64,000 nucleotides of DNA from positions 64,001-128,000 of the IMG/VR virus record IMGVR_UViG_3300027749_005140. One strand, written 5' to 3'. The DNA is from a virus (lineage: Duplodnaviria; Heunggongvirae; Uroviricota; Caudoviricetes). Numbering within the stretch: the stretch's first letter is position 1; the number at the start of each line of letters is the position of its first letter. Both the position numbers and the translations under genes were made by a program. The notes under the pieces were generated by a model, which worked only from the letters and a program-made list of their open reading frames with translations, did no database searches and was not told the DNA's origin. This document shows, one piece after another, positions 7,934 to 15,532 of the stretch.

Positions 7934-8761
7934 ATGTATGAAAAAGTTTGTAAGTGGTGTGGTAATTTAATCTCTGTTGAAAAACAACAATCATTTGCAT
8001 CACATGTCGCTGGATGTATTATGAATCCAAAAGTAGAAGAACGATACAAAAAGAATAGTGAGAGATTCAAGGGTGTTCTAAAGGTTGAACGAACTGAAAT
8101 AGTTAAAGAGTGTCCTAAATGTAAAGAAATTTTTAAAGTAATTGCAACTGAATCAGAAATTAGACGTAATAAGGTCAGATTATTTTGTTCTAGAAAGTGT
8201 TCAAATGCAAGAATACATTCGGAGTTGACTAAAGAAAAAATGTCATCGGCATCAATTGGTATTATTCCTTATAATAAAGGAATTAAAAAAATTAAAAAAT
8301 TTACTTGTGTTAAATGTGGTAAAGAAGGTATTATAAAAAAATATAATAATAAACAAAAGTATCACTCAGAATGTTGGAGATTATCATCTGGTGGTATAAG
8401 ACAGGGTAGTAGTAGAGGTAAAAAGGGTTGGTATAAAGGTTACTGGTGTGATAGTAGTTATGAACTAGCATATCTTATTTACAATTTAGATAATTCTATT
8501 TTGATTGAAAGAAATAAAAATGGTTTTGAATATACTCATAATGATGAAAAACATTTATTCTATCCGGATTTCATAATAGGAGGTAAATATATTGAGATAA
8601 AGAATTATAAATCAGAACTTACTGATAGTAAAATATCACAATTTCCATATGAAATAGAAATATATTATAAAGAAGAAATGAAACCATTCATAGAATATGT
8701 AAAAAATAAATATGGTAAGGATTTCATAAAATTATATGAAGAAAATAAAATGGCGTTGTAG
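7934..8761 (+). CDS. Zn-finger plus PD-(D/E)XK (TnsA-like) endonuclease; probable homing endonuclease inserted in the tRNA cluster
   Basis: Several CxxC pairs; GWYKGYWCDSSYELAY, YPDFII, YIEIKNY; stop TAG falls inside the following tRNA. Confidence 0.7.
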   Translation: MYEKVCKWCGNLISVEKQQSFASHVAGCIMNPKVEERYKKNSERFKGVLKVERTEIVKECPKCKEIFKVIATESEIRRNKVRLFCSRKCSNARIHSELTKEKMSSASIGIIPYNKGIKKIKKFTCVKCGKEGIIKKYNNKQKYHSECWRLSSGGIRQGSSRGKKGWYKGYWCDSSYELAYLIYNLDNSILIERNKNGFEYTHNDEKHLFYPDFIIGGKYIEIKNYKSELTDSKISQFPYEIEIYYKEEMKPFIEYVKNKYGKDFIKLYEENKMAL

Positions 8762-8823
8762 CTCAGAGGCAGAGCAGTCGGTTCATATCCGTCAGGACGG
8801 GATCTCGGAATTCCCCAACGCTA
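8752..8823 (+). tRNA. tRNA with CAT anticodon (Met or Ile2) and a non-canonical T-loop
   Basis: GGCGTTG/CAACGCT; GCTC-AGAGGCA-GAGC; GTCGG-TTCATAT-CCGTC (one mismatch); GGGAT-CTCGGAA-TTCCC. Confidence 0.7.
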
Positions 8824-8828
8824 CAAAA

Positions 8829-8857
8829 TAAAAAACCTCTCAAATGAGAGGTTTTAT
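8829..8857. terminator. Bidirectional terminator ending the tRNA cluster
   Basis: AAAACCTCTC-aaat-GAGAGGTTTT between convergent units. Confidence 0.8.
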
Positions 8858-8860
8858 TTG

Positions 8861-9055
8861 TTAGTTTTCTAATACCTTATCGATATTAGCTTCTCTAACT
8901 TTAGCTTTTACAATACTTGGACTTTGCATATCCTCGTCTGTAATTCCTAATTGAGTTTTGATGATATTTAATAAATATCTTTCATTCTCCCATTTGTAGT
9001 TTGGTGCTTCTGACATATCTTCTGACATCATTCCACCACTAAAACTTTTGTTCAT
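8861..9055 (-). CDS. Small hypothetical protein with the C-terminal R-x-x-x-I-x-x-V-L tag
   Basis: Ends VREANIDKVLEN. Confidence 0.65.
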   Translation of the reverse strand: MNKSFSGGMMSEDMSEAPNYKWENERYLLNIIKTQLGITDEDMQSPSIVKAKVREANIDKVLEN

Positions 9056-9108
9056 AGTAAATTGTTATTTTTTAAATTATATATAGAAACATAAAATAAG
9101 TTTAACCA

Positions 9109-9360
9109 ATGAAAACATTAATAGTAAAATCTCCAACACAGCTTTGGACTATTCTTAAAAATAAAGAAGAGATTTTTGAATCCAATAGAGAATTAGAAAG
9201 ATTTATCTTTGTTACAGAAAAATTCATCAAAGGATGTCAATGTGGCTCAGATAACCAAACCTTAATGGATAATCAATATAACTTTATCTCAACAAGTGAA
9301 GAAATCATTTCGCTTTTAAAATTAGAATTAGGATATGATGAAATTATCTTTGATAAATAA
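9109..9360 (+). CDS. Hypothetical protein
   Basis: ORF track, ATG with A-rich upstream. Confidence 0.6.
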   Translation: MKTLIVKSPTQLWTILKNKEEIFESNRELERFIFVTEKFIKGCQCGSDNQTLMDNQYNFISTSEEIISLLKLELGYDEIIFDK

Positions 9361-9397
9361 ATAACTTTTCGTATCTTTGTAATTAAATATATACATT

Positions 9398-9853
9398 ATG
9401 ATGAAACGTGTATATAAAGTAAGATATTCAAAATCCTCATTAGAACTAAATGATGATTATGATAACCTATCCGACTTTGAGAAAGAACAAATTTCAGAAT
9501 TAGATGCTGAAGGTTTTTTTGATTACGAAGATAATAGTATTTATTGTTGTTATGTTATATCAACACCCGTAGAAGTAGTAAAATATAGTAAGATACTTAC
9601 TAATAATTTAATTCAACACGAGTACCTAGATTTATCACAAGAAATTCTAAATAACAAAATAGATATAGAGTTAGAATTAGAAGATAAATTAGATGAAAAG
9701 AATTTATTTAAGTATGATTTCTTTTTAGATGATTTAGAACACTGGATTTATAATAACTTAGAAATAGACATCGTTCTCGATAGAATAACCGATGTCGGAA
9801 TAAACTCATTAAGACAAGTCGAGAAAGACTTTTTAAAACATTACACAGTATGA
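9398..9853 (+). CDS. Hypothetical protein with a C-terminal DUF6576-like motif
   Basis: DIVLDRITDVGINSLRQVEKDFL resembles the LDKI-x2-G-x2-SL-x3-EK-x-FL motif. Confidence 0.6.
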   Translation: MMKRVYKVRYSKSSLELNDDYDNLSDFEKEQISELDAEGFFDYEDNSIYCCYVISTPVEVVKYSKILTNNLIQHEYLDLSQEILNNKIDIELELEDKLDEKNLFKYDFFLDDLEHWIYNNLEIDIVLDRITDVGINSLRQVEKDFLKHYTV

Positions 9854-10263
9854 TAGTATTTTTAGATGATATCCGAATCCCATCAATGTCTCACAATTTG
9901 AGTAAAGGTCTCGGTGTGGACTATTCTGATAAAAATAAATGGGTAATAGTTAGAGATTACTTTGAGTTTATTGACTTAGTAGACAAACATTTTGACGAAA
10001 TTGATTTGATTTCTTTTGACCACGATTTAGCTTGCTATAAAGATGGTGTTGAGTTCACTGGTAAGTCTGCAGTTGATTATTTAATTGATTACTGTTTAGA
10101 TCATAATAAAAAGTTTCCAGATTGGTATGCTCATACAGACAACACTTCTGGAAAAAGAAATATAATAGGAGCGATATTAAACTACATAAATAAAGTAGAA
10201 GGTAAAGATATTACAAACTTTAGATACTACCACAATGGTATCGTAAACAACAAACCAGTATGA
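9850..10263 (+). CDS. Cyclic-phosphate-processing receiver-domain (cREC-like) protein
   Basis: IVFLDDIR, WVIVRDY, ISFDHDL, TGKSAVDYL, HTDN-x2-G pattern. Confidence 0.7.
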   Translation: MIVFLDDIRIPSMSHNLSKGLGVDYSDKNKWVIVRDYFEFIDLVDKHFDEIDLISFDHDLACYKDGVEFTGKSAVDYLIDYCLDHNKKFPDWYAHTDNTSGKRNIIGAILNYINKVEGKDITNFRYYHNGIVNNKPV

Positions 10264-10583
10264 CATTTTTAGATACACATCTAATTATTAAAATTAGAGA
10301 TAAAGTAAAAGCCATAGATCATATCGGATTTATATGGCTTGATAGACCTATCTATGATAAGAAATTTGTCATTGATAGAATTAAATTAGATCCTTATGAG
10401 TGTGAAGAGATAATGCCAATCAGTTGGTATGCAGTAAGTCCTAAAGCACGTTTAAAGATTTATAACGCATTACGTAGAGAAGAAGTTTATATTAAACAAA
10501 AATTAAATGAAAATGATGCTTGGTGTAACTATTACATAAACATTAAACCAAGTCAAAAATTAAAGAAAAATGAACTTAGATAA
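10260..10583 (+). CDS. Hypothetical protein
   Basis: ATGA overlap with upstream gene. Confidence 0.55.
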   Translation: MTFLDTHLIIKIRDKVKAIDHIGFIWLDRPIYDKKFVIDRIKLDPYECEEIMPISWYAVSPKARLKIYNALRREEVYIKQKLNENDAWCNYYINIKPSQKLKKNELR

Positions 10584-11292
10584 AATAGATTTACATTATC
10601 GTTGTGTCGATATAGATTATCACACAGAATATGATTGCGAGAATAATGGCTGTAATGATGAAGGAATTTGTCGTTGTGGTAGTATTCATGACGCAGTGGT
10701 TACACGTGTTGATATTTCTCAAATGGTAAATCTAATTTATGATGAACTGTTTGATAGTAGTACTGTTTTAGGTAAAAGAGAAGATAGATTAAATCAATTA
10801 CTATATGGTATAGGTGAAGACATAAACCGTTATACTATTGACAGAGTTTTAAGAAAATATAAAATATGGGAACCAGATAACTTTGATGTTGAAGTTTGTG
10901 GTGGATACTATGGTCAAGAAATAGAGGGTACGTTCATTATTAAAAACATTTCAGATAAAATAGAGGCAGAATTAGACATAGCTTTTTCTATTGAAGATCT
11001 ATCCGGTAGAGTTGAGTATTTATTAGGTTTAGAGTATGGTAGTTTACTACCAGAGTTAGAGAATTGTCAATACGAAATAATCGAACTTGATAAAAGTGAA
11101 ATAAACTTTGGTGCTATAGAACATCATAGTAAAGTAAAGAAAAAAGATCTAGAGTTCTATAGTGATAAAAACTATAAAGGTATACGAGGTGTTGTTACAT
11201 TTAGTAGAGGTAAATATCGACTAATCGATGGATATCATAGAGTTCATACAACTGCAGGACATAAAGTAAAAGTTCTAAAAGCGTTTAAATAG
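10570..11292 (+). CDS. Protein with a C-terminal ParB/sulfiredoxin-like domain and an N-terminal Cys cluster
   Basis: YRLIDGYHRV; C-x4-C-x4-ICRC near N-terminus. Confidence 0.6.
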   Translation: MNLDKIDLHYRCVDIDYHTEYDCENNGCNDEGICRCGSIHDAVVTRVDISQMVNLIYDELFDSSTVLGKREDRLNQLLYGIGEDINRYTIDRVLRKYKIWEPDNFDVEVCGGYYGQEIEGTFIIKNISDKIEAELDIAFSIEDLSGRVEYLLGLEYGSLLPELENCQYEIIELDKSEINFGAIEHHSKVKKKDLEFYSDKNYKGIRGVVTFSRGKYRLIDGYHRVHTTAGHKVKVLKAFK

Positions 11293-11320
11293 AAAAAGAC
11301 TCCAATTGGAGTCTTTTTCT
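11291..11320. terminator. Bidirectional terminator
   Basis: Perfect palindrome AGAAAAAGACTCC-aatt-GGAGTCTTTTTCT between convergent genes. Confidence 0.85.
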
Positions 11321-13220
11321 ATTTAAACCATTTTTCTATAAATTCAGATCTTTGTGGCCAATAATGAGGATCTAAATCATCATCTAATTTTTGACTCTCT
11401 ATAATCTCATCTATTTTAGTTTTCAACTCTTCAACTGTTATAAGTGGTTTGTCTCTAAATAAAGTAGGTTTATCTTTATAAGTTTCTATATCAGTATAAT
11501 AATCAAACCAATCAGTTATTCTTCTGTATTTATCAAGATTATCATCATCATCACTTACTTTATCAATTTCATATCCAAGTAATTTAGCATCTTCTTTTGT
11601 TAGATAGAAGTATTCTTTTTCGTTATCAGTTTTTAGTAGATAAGTTTCTATTTTGAAAATATTTAAAACATATTCATTTTTATAATCTAATGTAAGCAGT
11701 TCTAATTTAATCGCTTCTTTATCTCTCCAATCACGATCTTCGACTTTTAGCTCGTTATACCATACCTTCTCTTTTACCTTACCCATTAAGATAATAGTAT
11801 CTTTATCATCTTTGTGATAATATTCATCACCCCAACCACCTGAAATTGTACCATCATCATCAACACTCGTAACTGTTGTAACCCCATCTTCTTCAAATAT
11901 ATAATCTTGATAATCATCACACCAAATGGCATTATCACTATGATAGTATTGATCATCCCATTCTGACCAAGAAAGATCGTCATATCCATCTGGATAAACA
12001 CCTGCACGAGAACCTCTTGTAACACGAATAGAATCTTCTCTGTATATCCAATCTCCTAATCTTTCAGAATAGATTGCATCATCTCTCTCAATATCACAAT
12101 CATGCCAATCAGAATAAACCGTATCACTTATTTCAGTATAACCACCAGAAGTACTATCTAAAATATAACATCCAATATGTTCATTCTCTTCAGTATCATT
12201 ATCATTAGTAAGTATTCCAGTCTTTGGATCATATCTTCTAAATGTGTCAACATAAGGAAATCTATTATATTCCTTACGATTAAGTTGAACCTTTAACTCT
12301 AGTTTATAATTCTGATCTTCGAATGTTACTGAATCTAGACTATGATGATTATTATGTGTTTTATAAGCCCAACCTCTTTCAATCGCATAAGTTCTAAACT
12401 TTTCTATATCAGAATCTTTTATAGTATATTGTCTGTCTAAAAAATAATCAATATCTAAGTGATCTTCTTCAGGAACTGTATTACTATCATCAATTACTTT
12501 CCAAATAAGTGATCTTCCAATTAGTTTATCATCTTCTAATAAAACTAACATTCTACACACCTCTGGATTAGAAGTATAAAGTTCGAATGTTCCTTTTTCT
12601 GCCCTTGCCATACAAGAACTTCCTAATGAACCATTCATAATCTTATAATTATTATAATCATACCAGTAAGCGATTTCTTCACCTGATACTTCAATAAATC
12701 TTTCACCACTTTGTTCTAATGTAGATTTGAATTTATTTACAAATTCTTCTACTTCTCTTGCTGTAAATTTACTAGGGAATATATTATTTATAAAACGACC
12801 TAATTTAATAGGATTTCTAGCTTTTTCATATGGATCTGCATCACCTAACATACCTTGTCCTCTCAAAGGAGATTCACTCCTGACAGTATTAGCTCCACTA
12901 TGTAAGTCCCATATATCGTCACCAATAAGTGGATCATTGTTTAATGTGTCTTCTAAACCCTCTTCATCAAAAACATCAGAGAATCTATCACCTAGAATCT
13001 TTTTAGTATTCTTCATCGTTGTAAATGAAACATAACCTTCTTTATCTAAATTGACAAATGTTATGTCTGGTTTTATATCAGTTTTCTCAGTATCTAAAAG
13101 TGTTTTAGAAATAGGTTCACTAGATAGTTTATTTAAAACCCTTTTAAATGGTGGTGCATAAAATATTACTGACTCATTTAGTAATCTTTCAAGTATAAAA
13201 TCATTATATTTACTTATCAT
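11319..13220 (-). CDS. Large hypothetical phage protein (SCM...GRSLIW...LDRQY...FPYVDTF family) with an acidic repeat region and a capsid-targeting-like N-terminus
   Basis: Motifs as listed; N-terminus MISKYNDFILERLLNE. Confidence 0.6.
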   Translation of the reverse strand: MISKYNDFILERLLNESVIFYAPPFKRVLNKLSSEPISKTLLDTEKTDIKPDITFVNLDKEGYVSFTTMKNTKKILGDRFSDVFDEEGLEDTLNNDPLIGDDIWDLHSGANTVRSESPLRGQGMLGDADPYEKARNPIKLGRFINNIFPSKFTAREVEEFVNKFKSTLEQSGERFIEVSGEEIAYWYDYNNYKIMNGSLGSSCMARAEKGTFELYTSNPEVCRMLVLLEDDKLIGRSLIWKVIDDSNTVPEEDHLDIDYFLDRQYTIKDSDIEKFRTYAIERGWAYKTHNNHHSLDSVTFEDQNYKLELKVQLNRKEYNRFPYVDTFRRYDPKTGILTNDNDTEENEHIGCYILDSTSGGYTEISDTVYSDWHDCDIERDDAIYSERLGDWIYREDSIRVTRGSRAGVYPDGYDDLSWSEWDDQYYHSDNAIWCDDYQDYIFEEDGVTTVTSVDDDGTISGGWGDEYYHKDDKDTIILMGKVKEKVWYNELKVEDRDWRDKEAIKLELLTLDYKNEYVLNIFKIETYLLKTDNEKEYFYLTKEDAKLLGYEIDKVSDDDDNLDKYRRITDWFDYYTDIETYKDKPTLFRDKPLITVEELKTKIDEIIESQKLDDDLDPHYWPQRSEFIEKWFK

Positions 13221-13230
13221 ATTATTATTA

Positions 13231-13256
13231 AAACTTTATTTATTTCTTATATATAA
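13231..13256 (+). promoter_or_regulatory. Candidate phage middle promoter AAACTTT-N13-ATATAA (representative; also 15478+, 38874-, 39980-, 42777-, 42932+, 49201-, 50961+)
   Basis: Bipartite motif with a 13-nt spacer (14 nt at 39980) upstream of the kinase, clpC, SSB, nrdB, guaC operon, grpE/dnaJ operon and dnaK. Confidence 0.6.
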
Positions 13257-13294
13257 AAATTGTCATTCCGAATTTTATTCGTATATTTGTAATT

Positions 13295-13771
13295 ATGAAA
13301 ACAAAATCACCATTCGTTATAATATTATCAGGAATACCAATGTCTGGTAAATCTACTTGGGTAAGAGAAAACTACCCAGATGTTCTTGCTATATCCAGAG
13401 ACGAACTTGTTATGGAAGTTGCAGGTACAAGAGATTATAACTTAGCATTTAAAACTGTTGATCAAAAAGCAGTTGATAAATTATTGGCTAAAAGAATAAC
13501 TGATGCAGCTACTCAAAAAGTTGATGTTATCATCGACATGACTAACTTATCAAGAAAAGTAAGAGTAAAAAACCTTTCTTACTTCTCTAATGATTATTAC
13601 AAAGTATCTGTTGTATTACCAATACTAGATTCAGAAGAATACAAAAGGAGAAATGATTTTAGATTAGTAAACGAAAACAAATTCATACCACCATTTGTAA
13701 TTAAATCAATGATGGATTCTTTCGTTTTTCCAACAGATGATGAAGGTTTTGATAAAATAATTTTAGTATAA
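13295..13771 (+). CDS. P-loop kinase, AAA_33/polynucleotide-kinase-like
   Basis: ILSGIPMSGKST, ISRDE, VIIDMTNL, RR-x-N-x-x-R lid. Confidence 0.8.
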   Translation: MKTKSPFVIILSGIPMSGKSTWVRENYPDVLAISRDELVMEVAGTRDYNLAFKTVDQKAVDKLLAKRITDAATQKVDVIIDMTNLSRKVRVKNLSYFSNDYYKVSVVLPILDSEEYKRRNDFRLVNENKFIPPFVIKSMMDSFVFPTDDEGFDKIILV

Positions 13772-14193
13772 TGGCATCAATTAAAAGTTTGGAACGTATG
13801 AAGGAATACATTAGACGTGCTAATGGTTCACCAGGTCCAGAAGGTATTTATCCCAAAGGATGGATAAAAAAGAAAGAAGAAAAAAACAAAAATATGGACA
13901 TAATAAACATTTTATTAGATGCAGTCGTTGCATCAGGAAAGAAATTTAGTGAAATACCTAAAGAGTCGGTTTATGCTTACCTTGAAAAGGCAGGAATAAA
14001 TAAAAGTAAATGGCAAGGTATCTATGAGACACTTGCGAGTAAATTTAAAGAAACTAAATCCACTGTTAAAATTGTAGAAGATAGAACACCTAAAAACATT
14101 GTAGATTATACTGAAAACAGTTCAAGAAATGATGTTATGAAGAGAGAACCGAGAAAAACTATTTTCTCCGAAATTAAAAAATTAACGAAATAA
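13771..14193 (+). CDS. Hypothetical protein
   Basis: TAATG overlap with the kinase. Confidence 0.55.
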   Translation: MASIKSLERMKEYIRRANGSPGPEGIYPKGWIKKKEEKNKNMDIINILLDAVVASGKKFSEIPKESVYAYLEKAGINKSKWQGIYETLASKFKETKSTVKIVEDRTPKNIVDYTENSSRNDVMKREPRKTIFSEIKKLTK

Positions 14194-14248
14194 TTTTTGG
14201 ATTTCTGGAGTAATCACCGTATATTTGTACTCTAATAAAGAAACAGAT

Positions 14249-14584
14249 ATGACAAACTTCGACAACTTAAAATTTATTGATGGTGATTTCTTAACTACTG
14301 AAAGTCTTGCAGATATGATCTATGAGAACGAAGGTTCTTTTACACAAAAAGATCAATCTATGTCATTTGATGTAGATGGGAAAGATGTTACCGTAAACTA
14401 TGAGGTTTATGTTGAAGGAACTATCGAAGAAGAAAGTGGTGACTATTGGACACCAGGATCTTGTGATGTAGAACTTACTGATGTTGATGTTACTATCAAC
14501 GAAGTTTTTATCGATGGTGTGTTAGTAGATCTTGATACAGAAGACTTTTTTAAAGTAGAAACGTTATTAAAAAATAGTTTATAA
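14249..14584 (+). CDS. Acidic hypothetical protein
   Basis: Start moved to ATG 14249, downstream of the TATATTTG element. Confidence 0.6.
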   Translation: MTNFDNLKFIDGDFLTTESLADMIYENEGSFTQKDQSMSFDVDGKDVTVNYEVYVEGTIEEESGDYWTPGSCDVELTDVDVTINEVFIDGVLVDLDTEDFFKVETLLKNSL

Positions 14585-14618
14585 TAAAAAAACCCAGATT
14601 TTTATCTGGGTTTTTTTA
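14585..14618 (+). terminator. Rho-independent terminator
   Basis: AAAAAAACCCAGAT-tttt-ATCTGGGTTTTTTT. Confidence 0.8.
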
Positions 14619-14629
14619 TATATAGTATT

Positions 14630-15112
14630 ATGAGAAATATAAAAACGATACTAGAGTTCTTCGATGATGATGATTTTAAATCACAATACGAGATACCTTA
14701 TCTAAAAGGTGAAATGCCTGAAGTCATAAGTAAGTTTAAAGATTATGAGTCTAGTGAAGATATTAGATTCTTGGATGTAATGAGATACCAATTTCCAGTA
14801 CTTAATCACTTCAATTATAAAGTAGTTGAAAAGGGAGAAAATAAAATACATCTTCTTTTTGCGACATCACTAAAACATGTAAATGGAGACGACTATTATG
14901 CTTCTATTACATTTGCTTTCCATAAAGAAAAATATACAGTAATTACAATCTTTAGAAAACTAAAAAGTGAAGATAAATCTAAATGGGATGTCAAAGAACA
15001 TAAATTTAATGATATACATTCAACATTTACTGTTGTTGAAGACTTTATAAAAAGGTGCGAAGATTTTAACATCATAATACCAGATCTTAATTTTAATATA
15101 CAAAGTAACTAA
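14630..15112 (+). CDS. Hypothetical protein with a capsid-targeting-like N-terminus
   Basis: MRNIKTILEFFD; TTATATATA upstream. Confidence 0.6.
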   Translation: MRNIKTILEFFDDDDFKSQYEIPYLKGEMPEVISKFKDYESSEDIRFLDVMRYQFPVLNHFNYKVVEKGENKIHLLFATSLKHVNGDDYYASITFAFHKEKYTVITIFRKLKSEDKSKWDVKEHKFNDIHSTFTVVEDFIKRCEDFNIIIPDLNFNIQSN

Positions 15113-15156
15113 ACTAATCATTTACAATCTCGTATAACATAAAAATTACTTTTTTT

Positions 15157-15477
15157 ATGTGGGTAAAAATTGACGACGAAGTATTTCATGTCGAGGATAT
15201 AAGTGTACAACTTTCTATTTCTAAACATGCCACTATTTATCTGGATTTAGACATTCAGAACAATAAACACTACTACGACTTTTTTATAGATAAATATGAG
15301 AAGGTTAAGAATTTCACAATTGAACATACTAAATATATTGCAAAGGGCTGTCGTATAAAAACTATTGATATAGTTTTTAACTCAAAGTTAAATCTAAACA
15401 TCTACTGTGAACATATTGATACTGATGTATCTGAAAGAAGAGATTCTATCATTGAACAAATTTTAAAAGAAAAGTAA
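15157..15477 (+). CDS. Hypothetical protein with the C-terminal tag
   Basis: Ends ERRDSIIEQILKEK. Confidence 0.6.
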   Translation: MWVKIDDEVFHVEDISVQLSISKHATIYLDLDIQNNKHYYDFFIDKYEKVKNFTIEHTKYIAKGCRIKTIDIVFNSKLNLNIYCEHIDTDVSERRDSIIEQILKEK

Positions 15478-15532
15478 AAACTTTAAACAATTACAGAATA
15501 TAAAACTTATTATAAATCTTATTAAATAAATT

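Noticed and set aside
10570-11292. ParABS partition system
   Set aside because: Only a short ParB/Srx motif is present, with no ParA, HTH or parS repeats nearby
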